Shown here in pieces: positions 37,601-48,900 of a DNA stretch of 64,000 nucleotides (positions within the stretch are counted from its first letter, which is position 1; each line of letters begins with the position of its first letter). Source of the stretch: a virus; the IMG/VR virus record IMGVR_UViG_3300027797_000016, positions 32,001 through 96,000 of that record; one strand, given 5' to 3'. A program made the position numbers and the translations under genes. The notes beneath the pieces are model-generated. The model worked only from the letters and a program-made list of their open reading frames with translations, did not search any database and was not told the DNA's origin.

Positions 37601-38921
37601 CAACTCCAACAGAGTTTGCAGAACCAACTGTAACTGCACCAGGAGCACCCCAAACAGGAGAACCTACTCCACCAGAAAGTAATACCTGACCTGATGTTCC
37701 ACTATCATTATTTACATATAACTTACCAGAAAGTGCAATATCTCCACGAGTATCTAATGAGTATTGTGGATTTGTGGTTCCAATACCAACTCTTGCAGTA
37801 TCAGTAACCACTGTTGCAAATGTTCCAATACCAACTTGCAGTTTTTGTAATGGATTTGTGGTTCCAATGCCTACTCTGCGAGTATTGGAGTTAACAAATA
37901 AGGTATTTACATCTACCTGAAGATTTGATGTGATTGTTGCTGATGTACCTACAAAAAGATTTGTAGTAGTCGTAAAACCACTGTTAATTGTATTTGCAGT
38001 CAGTACTCCAATAAAACCAGTAGTTGCCGTTATAAAACCAATAGTTGCAGCAGTACCTACAAAAAGATTTGTAGTTGTTGTAAAACCACTGTTAATTCTA
38101 TTTGCACCCAGTACTCCAATAAATCCTGTGGTTGCACTAATAACACCAACAGTAGATACTCCACTTACTTTACTATCACCGACTACATCCAAAGTTGATG
38201 TTGGATTTGTGGTTCCAATACCAACAGAACCTGAAACTACTTTAAAGAATGTTGTAGTGTCTGAAATCTCAAAATTACCTACTTTCAGACTTTCAGTAAA
38301 TGTTCCTGTGGTTGCAGTTAATATTCCAATTGTTGCAATACCACTAATCTTTACATTTCCTAATACATCCAGTTTAGATGTAGGAAGAGTACTACCAATT
38401 CCAACAAAATCATTGGAAGCACTGTATACAAAATCTTGCGATCCTTGTAAAAATCCACTACTATTCTTATAAGGAACTGCTCCAATATCTCCAGTTACAG
38501 AAACATCAGTAACTGTAATTTGAACGTCTACAGAACTAGAACCAGCACCTACCCAAGATGCTGGATTATTTACGGTTACTCCACTTCCAACAAAGTTTAA
38601 ATCAGTAATCTGATTTACACCACCAACGATTACTCCTGCGTTTCTTATAGTAACGCTACCAGGAGTTACAACCCCACCAGCAATCAAACTGGTCTGTTTC
38701 GTCCAGTATCTTTCACCGGATCCTGCAGATGCAACTACATATAAATCAGCAATGTCTCCAGTATAAGGATTTACTCCAACAGAAGATACGCCAATTAGTG
38801 GGTCTCCTAAATCAGGTTCTGCCTGATCTAGACCCAAAAATTCATAACGATCTGATGTGATACCACTTTGATCTCTTCTTTTTACTCTATTACTTAAAAA
38901 GTTTGGATTTGGATTAACCAT
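34662..38921 (-). CDS. long tail fibre/structural protein
   Basis: GIGTTNP repeats and many ITNxGSGYTxxPTxT repeats. Confidence 0.85.
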   Translation of the reverse strand: MVNPNPNFLSNRVKRRDQSGITSDRYEFLGLDQAEPDLGDPLIGVSSVGVNPYTGDIADLYVVASAGSGERYWTKQTSLIAGGVVTPGSVTIRNAGVIVGGVNQITDLNFVGSGVTVNNPASWVGAGSSSVDVQITVTDVSVTGDIGAVPYKNSSGFLQGSQDFVYSASNDFVGIGSTLPTSKLDVLGNVKISGIATIGILTATTGTFTESLKVGNFEISDTTTFFKVVSGSVGIGTTNPTSTLDVVGDSKVSGVSTVGVISATTGFIGVLGANRINSGFTTTTNLFVGTAATIGFITATTGFIGVLTANTINSGFTTTTNLFVGTSATITSNLQVDVNTLFVNSNTRRVGIGTTNPLQKLQVGIGTFATVVTDTARVGIGTTNPQYSLDTRGDIALSGKLYVNNDSGTSGQVLLSGGVGSPVWGAPGAVTVGSANSVGVAITQASSLFYPTFTEQTENNAILKVDNSGLVYNPGENRLGIGTTNPTATLDVVGNALITGVATVSGNLTVNGNTLSVNAATNRIGIGTTNPLQTLDVRGTVNVLESVSVGTTVIIGTSPVVNLTSGIVTTTATTANQVLNSFNTTAFRSAKYNVQVTCTGQLVGGASSSSSLSVGSLQGGTRYASGSYTNVLLSTSSGTGLDARANINIAPELRVDIDSISNGSFNTSSNVSGISTNTPVLFNRAIPATPAQNSKVTALTITNQGSGYTAIPTITIANPTNSPAISGVSGIGSTATAIVSTVIVTDVTINTPGIHTTVPTVAFNSPVGVGSSASGIVGFGVSTITITSSGSAYNPIPTISVSGFALVGASLSVSNVFVTNIEFPITGTGYTSGNFPILTFSAPQVGINTATAIVNSLGISSQFNITTGIGYTRPPLLTVSTPNVGINTATILSTLGVSTVTVVNAGTGYTSSPTLALTPTVTGFAATVGLGVTSTDIIINFGSGFGGSPNVIFSMPSIGINSATGAFGGIGAGGALEDFTITNSGSGYINIPTVTITGGGGTGAGVTITKMGVTDVTVNNAGFGASLVPTPQILATVGSGASVTVAMGIGSVNVVGFGSGYNIAPGIAVTAVNGLTGSGGAVIAGLGVTFTNVTITNPGFGYSSIPTVTVSSPVGVASTAIGSVGVGITQIRISNPGIGYSISIPAISFNSPSLAPGSGVGAAVSTILVTNVYVTNPGSGYTATDLAASPIATFNPVGTSATVGFGVSTISLVNLGIGYTTAASAVVTFSTPNIGIGTTARATASLGYPGILPGPGVTTTGSTQIYYAIPRTSNSLGISTGVGIGTLTGTDVGDDLFASNAPVASIGGSITNVSIVSPGSGYTATSRLTATNFDGANVGTGFTFISSVVVNNYQFSDVMILQSVGSAVTSCDYIEFATIANNEILGSFNADISGSNARLVFTPTYRNNTIKIATNSITN

Positions 38922-38947
38922 CTTTGTTTAAACTTATATTATATGTA

Positions 38948-39304
38948 TTACTGATTTGAAGTCTCTAGAATAGAGGTTAAAAATTTAAGATTAGTTGCAG
39001 AACTTCCATTAATTGTGATAAAATCATCGGTCTCAAGAACAAGTTTTCCAGGAAGAAGATTTACTGTATCATTTCCAGGAATAGCAAAATTTCTAACTAT
39101 TTCGGTTGTGACTGTACCAAATCCAGAAACATTCCTGTTATGATAAAAACTTATTGATTGAGTGCCTGCACTTATGTTAGAGCACTGTGCTAACAAGAAC
39201 ACTCCAACAAATCCAACCGGTGCCCTATAAATCTCCTCCGTGGAAATTCCAACTACTTTTGTTACAGTTCTAAAACTGTTGACTGCTGCTGCTGCGACTG
39301 CCAT
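38948..39304 (-). CDS. small virion structural protein
   Basis: YxAPxG...GKLVLETxD...SILE. Confidence 0.75.
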   Translation of the reverse strand: MAVAAAAVNSFRTVTKVVGISTEEIYRAPVGFVGVFLLAQCSNISAGTQSISFYHNRNVSGFGTVTTEIVRNFAIPGNDTVNLLPGKLVLETDDFITINGSSATNLKFLTSILETSNQ

Positions 39305-39319
39305 TTAATTTAAACCTCC

Positions 39320-42300
39320 TTATTCGGCTAGAGCGAGAATGAATGGGGTCATAGTTGTAAAGAGTGCTTTTGTAAAGTCTCTTCCTGAAATTTGACCCGT
39401 TGCTTGATTAATAATAACACCATCACCAATTTTAAAGTTTCCTGCTTGGTCAGTTGAAGTGTAGACAACTATACCACCATTTTCCTGAATTACTTCATTT
39501 TCAGGAATAACTACACCCCCAAGAGCTGGCTTTGCTCTATTTATATCATTTCCAGAACCCACCCATTCAAATGAGTGAGATGAAGTAATCTGTAAACTTA
39601 CTCTAGAGAAGTACACAGTAGTTCCAACACTTACTGTATTATTCAGGTTTTGTAATAAAGAAATTGTGGAAATTCCAGCAGAAGGTAAGGTAGCACTATC
39701 AACTTTATAATAAATTGGTTGCATCCTAGATACAGATGCTGTTGCTGTATTAACACCTACATTTGGCGATGCAATAGTGATTGTAGGTGGATTTCTATAT
39801 TGTGTTCCTGAATTTAAAATGTTTATTGCTGTTACTTGCCCACCCACAACAACTGAAGATGCTTGAGCAGTAATGCCATTTACTCCCTCTGGAGAACTTA
39901 TAGTAACTCTTGGAGCAGAAGTGTAACCAGACCCACCATCAGTAACTTCAATAACATCTACAAAGGATAATAACTCTCCAAAGTAACAAACTTGTCCGTC
40001 ATAAGGTCTATAAGTACCTACTCCAGAAACAACAACTGCGTTTGTTTTTTCAAGAGCCTCTGTATTAATAACACCAGTTGAACGATAAATTGACTTACTC
40101 TCTGCATCACCAACTCCATCTGCAACAAGTCCCAAACGACCAAATGATGAGTTGGAGTTAGTGATATCACATTGTCCACCAGAACCAGTAAAGATTGCAA
40201 TATCATCGCATATTGTAAAGATGGAAACTAACTGTGAGTATGCACCATTTGTAATAGAAACTCCAATGCCACCTTGATTGTATTGGGTATAACTATCCAC
40301 ACTCATCGTACCAGTTACACCAATATCATCTTGATCGCCAGGTTCTGCATCAAATCCATCCACTTTCATTCCAATTGAACTTGGAATAAAGTTGGTACAG
40401 TTCCTCACATAAGGACCTTGAGTAATATTTCCAACACCTCTGGAATATGCTGGTTTAACTATTCCACCAGAAACATAAGTATGAGGAAGAGTAGAGGTGC
40501 CAACATTTACGACAAATGTTGTTCCTGCAATTCCAATTACTTCAATAACAGGAAAATTGTAACCCAAATTTCCACTTGGATAGGTAACTATTCCTGGTCC
40601 AGAAGGACAAGTAAATCCTAATCCAATTAGAGTAACCACATCTCCAACTTTAACATATGCTCCAGTAGCAGTAATTGTAGTAATACCCGAAGTATTATCA
40701 TATTTTGCTGCAGTAATTCCAATAGAACGATTTACAACAAAACCACCATTTACATAGGTATGGGGAATAGTGGATATTCCTGTGTTAATTATAAATGATC
40801 CATCATTATTTAATTTATTAACATAAAACTCATATCCATATGCCCCAGAAGGGAATGTTTGAGTTGAGATCCCACCACCAGAATCGCAAGAAAAATTTAA
40901 ATCACGAACTTCAATTACATCACCTGGTCTTACAGAAAGACCCGGAACAGTTAATGTTGTACTTCCAGTTTCATTATCATATGATGCAGTTGATACACCT
41001 ATAATTGATGTAAAACCAATTCCAAGATTTCCTGGATAGGTGGTCTTAATTCCAGCAGGACCAAGAGCAGATAATCCATTATTAATTATAGTTGTAATAA
41101 TTCCAACGCAAGAATAAATTGCAGATACTACATTTGAACATCCATTAATTGCATTATTAAATCCAGTATCTGGATCATCTTGCATTGACAAATCTTTTAC
41201 TTGAGTAAACTCATTTTGGAAATTTGCATATTTTTGTACTGTTCCGCCAGAAACATAAGTATGAGGAAGAGTTGACTGACCAACAACAACCTCAAAGGTA
41301 TTCACTCCAACTATGCTCTTAACATTAAAAATGTAACCCAAATTTCCACTTGGATATGTAACTATTCCTGGTCCAGAAGGACAAGTAAATCCTAATCCAA
41401 CAACTTTAACTGCATCATTAATTGATAATCCGTGATTGATTGCAGTAATTGCGGTAACTCCAGTTGTATTATTGTAAACTGCATTGGTAACTGCAGTTTG
41501 AATACCTACAGGATTAGAACCCCACGTTACATTATTAATAATTGCTCTTGCAATACCAGCAGAATACTTTAATGCATCAATTGTTTCTGTTTTTATACCA
41601 ACAATATTTTGTAATACACCTTCACTTGTATAATATGATTTTCCTGCTCCAACACATTTAGTATTTCCACCTCTGGTAATATCAAAACAAACTGACTTAA
41701 ACATATCCTTAATATCATTCTTACGACCTGATATAGAACTAATACCAAGAGTAAGTGGTGGGTTTCTATATTCGGTACTTGTTAAGTATCCTACTGCCTC
41801 ACTTGCAATATAATCAAGATTTAATCGAAGCATTCTTGCTCCGTCAAAAAATCTATCAGTAGATACACCAAGCAATGGTTGTAAGGTAACAACTGCTGAT
41901 CCATTTGTCATATCTGGACCAATAAAACTTAAGTCAGTTATGTGACAACCATTATTAACATAAAATAAATCACGACTTGGATATTTGGGAGTAATTATAC
42001 AGTTACGAAGTTCTGTTCCTTCTACAGCAACCCGTGTTGCAAGAACTATTGGGTTTTCTTCCACATATGCACCCGGAAATACTTTAACCGTATCTCCAGG
42101 AAATGCTATCATTGCAGCAGCTTTGATAGTTCTCTTTGTATAATTTTCTGCAAGACCACTATTATCATCATTACCAGTTTGTGAGACATATATTGTCTTT
42201 CCAACTGGACGATATGACTTAACTTCTACTGCCCCCTTTCCAATTGTTGGAGTTAAATCAATACCAATTCCAGCAGTAATTTGAGTTACAATTCCAGAAA

Positions 42301-43939
42301 GATTTGCACCATCACCATAATAATTAAGTGCAGTTACATCACCAACAACTTCCAATTCTGTTGAGGGTAAATCTGTTCCAATACCTAAAGAATTTGTTGA
42401 TGGATTAAAAGTAAATCCACTTGAATTTACAGATAAAGTTGTAATTCCTGATGTAACTGGAGAAAATACTCCATAAAATACGTCATTATCATTCGTTTCA
42501 GTAACTGTAATGTCTACAAAATCGGAAGCACTTGCCCAGACTGATGGTAAAGTAGATCCTCTAGAAACAAGGACCTGATTGTTAAATCCAGGAGATAATT
42601 GTGTTGGGATGAAAAAAGATAGATTAGTAGTTGCACTTCCAACTAATACCCGATGAAAAGTACTAATCCCAATTGAATTAACTCCAATTGAAGTAATTGT
42701 AGTTCCTGGTACTATATCATTTTCTCCTGCAGTTTCTTCAACAAGATAACCAATTAATAAATTTGATGTATTTACTCCAATTACACTTCTATTTGAACCA
42801 CTTAAAGTACCAATTCCAGAAGAAGAAAATGTTTGTGGAGTAGTTGCATATAATTGGTTACTAAATGCAATATCACCAACTACATCAAGATTTCTTTGTG
42901 GTAAATTAGTACCAATTCCAAGTTTTGCTGTAGATGGAATAAAGGATAATTTAGAAGTATTTACATTTATAGAGGTACTTCCAATTCCAGTAGCGAATGT
43001 TGGAAATAATACATTAGATGTAGAATTTGATGTAATTATTACACTTGTTGAAACGCCAGATGTAGATGAAAATCCACTTATATTAATATCATATGTTCCA
43101 CTTAAAGTAATATCAACAGTAACAATTCCAACTGTTCCTGCACCAGGTCCATTAATTACAAACCCATTTCCAAAATCTAGAATTGTTCCTAGACCAACAT
43201 TTATTCCATCATCACGAACTTCAATTGTAGCACCACCGATTAGAATAAGATCATTTGTATCAACAAGTGAAATCATTTCCACTACATCACCAGAAAATGC
43301 TGAAGTTAATAATCTTACAGTTGTGCCTATTCCAACATATTCTGTTGTTGGAATTAACTTAACACCATTTAAATAAACATCAAGTTGATCTTGTTGGTAT
43401 ATGAAATAATAATCAGTTTGACCTTCAGTTGATATAAATGTCTGTTGATTTCTGTATACACCAAAACTTTCCCATTCAACACCAGTTCCAGTGGATTTTA
43501 AATATTGTCCTGATGAACCAGAAGCATTATTATTATCACGAAGAGTTCCATCAATACCTAAAGTATTAAAGGTACTAATTCCAACACTATTAATATTTCC
43601 ATCAATAAATACATCACCTTTTACATATAATGCAGTTTGTCCTGCAGATACAGTACGAACATCTAATAAGTATGCAGGATTTGCAGTGCCAACACCAACC
43701 GAACCACCAACTCCAAGAACTGTAAGAACTGTTCCTCCAAGTCCTACATTGAGTTCATCTGCAAAAGTACCAATACCCGTAAGATAAAAATTAGTTGCTC
43801 CAATGCCACCATTAACGTCAAGAGTGTATTTTGGTGCTGTTGTTCCTATACCAACCTTTCTTGTATCTGCATCAGCAAGAATGAGGTTTGTAGATGCCTC
43901 AAAACCGTGACGTACTACGAAGTTTTTTGAGATGGACAT
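39320..43939 (-). CDS. large virion structural protein (fibre/baseplate-associated)
   Basis: DVYLNGVKL; YVSQTGND pectin-lyase-like entry motif; three internal repeats; YTSTDQAGNFKIG end. Confidence 0.8.
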   Translation of the reverse strand: MSISKNFVVRHGFEASTNLILADADTRKVGIGTTAPKYTLDVNGGIGATNFYLTGIGTFADELNVGLGGTVLTVLGVGGSVGVGTANPAYLLDVRTVSAGQTALYVKGDVFIDGNINSVGISTFNTLGIDGTLRDNNNASGSSGQYLKSTGTGVEWESFGVYRNQQTFISTEGQTDYYFIYQQDQLDVYLNGVKLIPTTEYVGIGTTVRLLTSAFSGDVVEMISLVDTNDLILIGGATIEVRDDGINVGLGTILDFGNGFVINGPGAGTVGIVTVDITLSGTYDINISGFSSTSGVSTSVIITSNSTSNVLFPTFATGIGSTSINVNTSKLSFIPSTAKLGIGTNLPQRNLDVVGDIAFSNQLYATTPQTFSSSGIGTLSGSNRSVIGVNTSNLLIGYLVEETAGENDIVPGTTITSIGVNSIGISTFHRVLVGSATTNLSFFIPTQLSPGFNNQVLVSRGSTLPSVWASASDFVDITVTETNDNDVFYGVFSPVTSGITTLSVNSSGFTFNPSTNSLGIGTDLPSTELEVVGDVTALNYYGDGANLSGIVTQITAGIGIDLTPTIGKGAVEVKSYRPVGKTIYVSQTGNDDNSGLAENYTKRTIKAAAMIAFPGDTVKVFPGAYVEENPIVLATRVAVEGTELRNCIITPKYPSRDLFYVNNGCHITDLSFIGPDMTNGSAVVTLQPLLGVSTDRFFDGARMLRLNLDYIASEAVGYLTSTEYRNPPLTLGISSISGRKNDIKDMFKSVCFDITRGGNTKCVGAGKSYYTSEGVLQNIVGIKTETIDALKYSAGIARAIINNVTWGSNPVGIQTAVTNAVYNNTTGVTAITAINHGLSINDAVKVVGLGFTCPSGPGIVTYPSGNLGYIFNVKSIVGVNTFEVVVGQSTLPHTYVSGGTVQKYANFQNEFTQVKDLSMQDDPDTGFNNAINGCSNVVSAIYSCVGIITTIINNGLSALGPAGIKTTYPGNLGIGFTSIIGVSTASYDNETGSTTLTVPGLSVRPGDVIEVRDLNFSCDSGGGISTQTFPSGAYGYEFYVNKLNNDGSFIINTGISTIPHTYVNGGFVVNRSIGITAAKYDNTSGITTITATGAYVKVGDVVTLIGLGFTCPSGPGIVTYPSGNLGYNFPVIEVIGIAGTTFVVNVGTSTLPHTYVSGGIVKPAYSRGVGNITQGPYVRNCTNFIPSSIGMKVDGFDAEPGDQDDIGVTGTMSVDSYTQYNQGGIGVSITNGAYSQLVSIFTICDDIAIFTGSGGQCDITNSNSSFGRLGLVADGVGDAESKSIYRSTGVINTEALEKTNAVVVSGVGTYRPYDGQVCYFGELLSFVDVIEVTDGGSGYTSAPRVTISSPEGVNGITAQASSVVVGGQVTAINILNSGTQYRNPPTITIASPNVGVNTATASVSRMQPIYYKVDSATLPSAGISTISLLQNLNNTVSVGTTVYFSRVSLQITSSHSFEWVGSGNDINRAKPALGGVVIPENEVIQENGGIVVYTSTDQAGNFKIGDGVIINQATGQISGRDFTKALFTTMTPFILALAE

Positions 43940-43984
43940 TTGTGCTCCTGGAGTTCACTATCCCTCCATTATTGTTTTTATTAT

Positions 43985-45946
43985 TTATACAATTGCTTCA
44001 ATTTTTGCAAAAGCATTAGTACTACTATTACCACCAAGTTGAGTATTGATCACATTAACACTCCCATCAGTATATCCACTACCTCCTCCACCACCAGACC
44101 CATATTCAACCGCCGCATTTCCTCCATAAGCACCAGAACCACCACCACCTTGTTTTCCACTACCATCACCACCATTATTGCGATAACCAAGACCTTGCTT
44201 ATATCCTCTTTGTATTACTGCTGTTTGTGATGTTATAGATCCGGTTTTTGCTGCTCTCCATTGCTGCTGTCCAACATCTTGACAGGGAGAGAACCCAATA
44301 TCTCTATAATATTTCCCAATTGTACAACCAGAAACCTGACCACCAGAAGACCCAGAAGCAAGTGATCCACTTCCAGTAGGCAGTGCTCCATTATCAACTC
44401 TTCTACCTCCAGCACCACTACGTCTTCCCTGACCAAACTCACCACCTACACCAATACCACCACCATCACCACCACTATGGGCAGTTCCAGAACCTCCACC
44501 ACCACCACATACGGCAATTAATCTTGCTTTTTCATAAAGATATGCAGCACCTCCACCACCATTAGAACCTCCTGTTGAAGCAGTTGCAGCACCCAATTTA
44601 AATACATATTCTGTATTTTGTCTAATCACATATTCAAAGACTGATAGACCACCTTGACCTCCCCTTGGTCCTCTTGATGCTCCTGCAGATGCTGCTAAAG
44701 TAATTCTAACTCTTATATCTTTTTCTGATGGATATATGACCAAAGAACGATCTAAATTGTTAAGATCTGCAGTAAAAGTTGTAGGATTATTAAAAAGATT
44801 TATTGATCCAGAATCAATAAAACCTCCACTGTCATTTATAGACTCAAAGTTTATAATTTGTCTTGCCAATACAGTACTAAAATTAACAGTATTTGTAAAA
44901 ATGGGTGAGTTGCAAGCAATAGGATGAGTTAATCTTGCTCTTACTGTATTTGTTGTGGTTCCTGGAGACCAATCTATAGAGATTGTTGTAGTACCACTAA
45001 CAGTTATATGTGTAACCGTATTATTTTGAAGTATTGGTTGAGAAGAACTGGGAGTTGCCTGAATAGTGAAATTTCTACAGAAGTTATAATAGTCTCCAGC
45101 AAATAGTCCTTCAATAGCAAATCTTAATCTATATTGTTGAGAACTAATTCTCACAAATTCTGTAATCATTAATGTAGGTTGAGAGTTGCCACCAGCTCCA
45201 ATGCGTTCAAATGTTGGAATGCTAGCTGTGTCAACTGGAACACTGAAATTAATTAAATAGAATCTTGTTGAACCAGAAATAATAGGAACTACACTAGTAA
45301 TAATATTAGGTAATGATACTGAAAGTGAAGTAGTACCAGAACCAATAACCGTGGTACTATCACTTAAGTCATTACCATTCAACTGCCATCGATAAGAAAT
45401 ATTACCTTGTGTTGTATCAGTTAATGCTCCTAAAGTAGTAAAAATTGTAGATCTTGTTGGTGCTGCAGTTTGATCTGTTGGTTGTGTAACTATGCTTATG
45501 AATGGAAAAACTGTAAGAGTTGCTGAATTGGAGTTTAGAACCTCATTAACTGCATTTCCTGTGGATCTTCCAGTACCTACAGTCACTGCAGATCCTACTG
45601 GTTGTGAGTAAGCAGAAGGTACATAATCAACATCAACATAAAATCCTAGTCCATTTTCAGTAGGACTTTTTGCGTTTGTAATCGTTAATGTAGTTGTTCC
45701 AGACCCTGTGATTGTTGCCCCCCGAAAAGTTCCATCAGTAAGTGGTCCAAATCCTTTAGCATACCATCTATAGGATAAAATTCCAGTATTTGATGCTGGA
45801 TTTGGTGGGTCTTGTGTAGGAAAGAATGCAGTTGCGATTCCTATAAATGTTGCAGACCCACCATCACATACACTTACTGATTGTGGTTGTGTTGTAAAAG
45901 ATAGAATGGGACCATTAAGATCCAGAGTCGTTTGTTTTCCAATCAT
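43985..45946 (-). CDS. Ig-like-domain, glycine-rich structural protein (possible adhesin)
   Basis: two TQP...SYRW...LTI Ig-like repeats; C-terminal GGGG loops. Confidence 0.75.
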   Translation of the reverse strand: MIGKQTTLDLNGPILSFTTQPQSVSVCDGGSATFIGIATAFFPTQDPPNPASNTGILSYRWYAKGFGPLTDGTFRGATITGSGTTTLTITNAKSPTENGLGFYVDVDYVPSAYSQPVGSAVTVGTGRSTGNAVNEVLNSNSATLTVFPFISIVTQPTDQTAAPTRSTIFTTLGALTDTTQGNISYRWQLNGNDLSDSTTVIGSGTTSLSVSLPNIITSVVPIISGSTRFYLINFSVPVDTASIPTFERIGAGGNSQPTLMITEFVRISSQQYRLRFAIEGLFAGDYYNFCRNFTIQATPSSSQPILQNNTVTHITVSGTTTISIDWSPGTTTNTVRARLTHPIACNSPIFTNTVNFSTVLARQIINFESINDSGGFIDSGSINLFNNPTTFTADLNNLDRSLVIYPSEKDIRVRITLAASAGASRGPRGGQGGLSVFEYVIRQNTEYVFKLGAATASTGGSNGGGGAAYLYEKARLIAVCGGGGGSGTAHSGGDGGGIGVGGEFGQGRRSGAGGRRVDNGALPTGSGSLASGSSGGQVSGCTIGKYYRDIGFSPCQDVGQQQWRAAKTGSITSQTAVIQRGYKQGLGYRNNGGDGSGKQGGGGSGAYGGNAAVEYGSGGGGGSGYTDGSVNVINTQLGGNSSTNAFAKIEAIV

Positions 45947-45947
45947 T

Positions 45948-48900
45948 TTAGTTTAGAAAGTTTTGTCCTACAACAACACCATACCAACTAGAACCACCAT
46001 CAAAGGTCTTATAGGAATAGATATCACTTCTACCTGCAGTTGGTGTTACAATTGGAATAACTCCACCACCAGGCCAATTAACAGTAATTGGTGGTCCATC
46101 ACCAGTTGTAAAGGTATTAATACCAACTCCAAATGCAGCAGTTTGTGTAATTTTAATTGTAAAGGAACTTACTTCACCTGGAGGATTTGTGATTGTAAAG
46201 GAGTTTACCTTATCAGTTGCAGATAATAAGAAGTTCTGTGCTCTTGAGAGATCAACAGTAACAACATTTGATGCAATAGAAAGTGTTTTTACTGCTTCTC
46301 TTGAAGTCTTAATTCTTAAAGTACCCTCAACATCAAGTTTTGTTCTTGGTACTGTGGTTCCAATACCAACATTAGGACCAACAGTTGTGATTGCAGTTCC
46401 ACCACTACCAACTACAAGTGTTGCAGTGGTAACGATACCAAGATTAATCGTACCAGTTCCACCAGAGAAGTTAAAGGAACTTGCAGTAATAATACCAGTG
46501 ATGATTACATTATTTGCACTTAAGGTATTATTAAATCTTGCAGTATTATTGACCCAAAGTGAAGTTCCACCAGCGCCAACTGCACCAACCTCAAGTTTAA
46601 ATCGTGGAACAGAAGTACCAATACCAACATTATTAAGTGCAGTATTATAAATGCCTCCAGATATTTGAGTCCATCCTGCTGCTGGGACAGTTACTCCAAA
46701 TAGTCTGGATCCATCACCAACAAAATATGTTGCTGTTAATGTACCAACAATATTTGTACCTCCAATAACGTGAAGTTTATATTGATTTGCAGTGGTTCCA
46801 ATACCAACTCCACCATTTCCATCTATAGAAACTTGAGTTGTTCCAGAACCAACCAGAAGTTTTGATGTTCCTGGATTATTAGTTGCAATACCAATAGCAT
46901 CAAAGATGCCAATATTAGCAGTTTTAGAAATACTTACATTACCAAAACGATACCATTCATTATCTAAAGTATAAATCCAACCAACATAACCACCCTTCTC
47001 TGGGTTGTTAAGGTATACAATGTCTCCTGGGTTTCCTGAAAGTGTTGGTTCAGTGATTCCTACAGTATACTTTCTTGAGACTATTTCATCACCCTGTAAA
47101 AAGAGTGAGTTTGCCTCAAGACCATCAGTAGAAGTTGAGGTTACTTTACCTCTTAAAACTACAGGTCCATTAAACTCTGAGATTGCCTTACTATCAGGAC
47201 CACCCTCTACACGAATTGAGCGACTAAAGTTACCCTCAACTGGACTAATCACATTCAGTCCAGGAAGACCTCCAATGTCTTCACCAGTCACTGTTTGTAT
47301 AGGGGTATCAAAGATGTCTTCTTGACCGGTAATAGAACTTAATCTTTTATTACCAGAGTATGAAATACCCTTATCATTCATACCAGTGTAGAAGTTAACA
47401 CCACCATCTTTTTTAGTTGATTGTGCTAATAGTTCTTCTTGTAATGAGATTTGACGGTCTTGTTTGTCTGGGAATGCAGTTGAGTAGTTACCTGGACCAT
47501 AACCAACATACTCAAAGGTATGTCCCGACGCTCTCATAATAGAGTGTCTTCTTAATTCAATTGGCTCAACACGGATTCTTCTTACAACACTACCAATCGC
47601 GTGATTGACTGCACGAGTTCCTAATACACCACGGAACACCTTGATTGGGTTTGTAGGAGTACTTGGAACATTAGACTTGACTCTTACAATCTCATCATCA
47701 ATCACCAGATAATCACCAATATTGATATCAAGATTTGATACATTAAGAAGATTAACTTCATCAATTAGTGCATCAGGTATCAGTGCAGAAAGTGTAGTAG
47801 TAATACCAGCATAAGTTGGAACCATTCTACCATTCAGGTTCTCATTCTCTCTTGTAATCACACCTTCATTTGAGGTAAAACCTTCACGATATGCAAGAAG
47901 AGTTCCTGTTGCTGCTGGAGCACTTGTAGAAACGCCAATATTCACAATAAAGGAGTTAAGACTTAAGTTCTCAGTAACAACAAACTGACCAGTATAAAGT
48001 GCTTCATTTGCACCAGTAATGCTAATCTTATTATCTACTTTCAGTCCGTGAGCATTGATTGTGGTAATCGTTGCAATACCAATTACATTATTATAAGTAA
48101 GTGAACTAATACGAATTGCTTCACCAGTTAGATATGTGATTGCATTAGAAGTAAATACTGGACCAACTGTAGTGGAAATACCCGATACTGCAGAGGCAGA
48201 TACTGCAGTAAAACTTGTTGCAGAACCTACATTCGTAATACGGTAAAGGTTGTTATAATCCTGATAAGAAGTAGAAGTTACGCCAGAAATACTAACAACA
48301 TCACCAACATTATTATAAATTTGAGTGACTGTAAGAACTGCACCACTAAATCCACCATAAGAACCAATACCAGTTACAGTCAGTGTATTACCGATTCCAT
48401 ATGCACTACCACCATCCATAATCTTCACATTAGTGATGCTTCCTGAACCATCAACAGTGACTTTTGCAGTTGCTTGTTGACCTACAGTAGAAGTTCCAAT
48501 ACCTACAAGACTTGCATTATAATAGTCACCAGGAGTACCAGAACCATAACCTGTACCAGCATTTGAAATAGAAACTCTTGTAATACGATTGAGTCCGTGA
48601 TCTAATGAAGTAAAGACATTATGTGAAGTGGATGATACTGAACGAATATCAGTCAGTCCAATACCAATATCACTATCATTAAATACCTTATTGATAGTTT
48701 CTTTTGTTAAACTATTACGAACATCATTCACTACAACTTCACCAATCAGTGAAGAAGATGCAAAACACTTGGTTTCTTCAGGGTCTGCTTCTGGATTATC
48801 ACGATTGATTTGTGGAAAAAGTTCTTTAACTGGTTGTGAGAACTTTTCATTAGTAAATGGAGCAACACTTGGAGCATTTGATGCATTAACAAGAGTTAAG

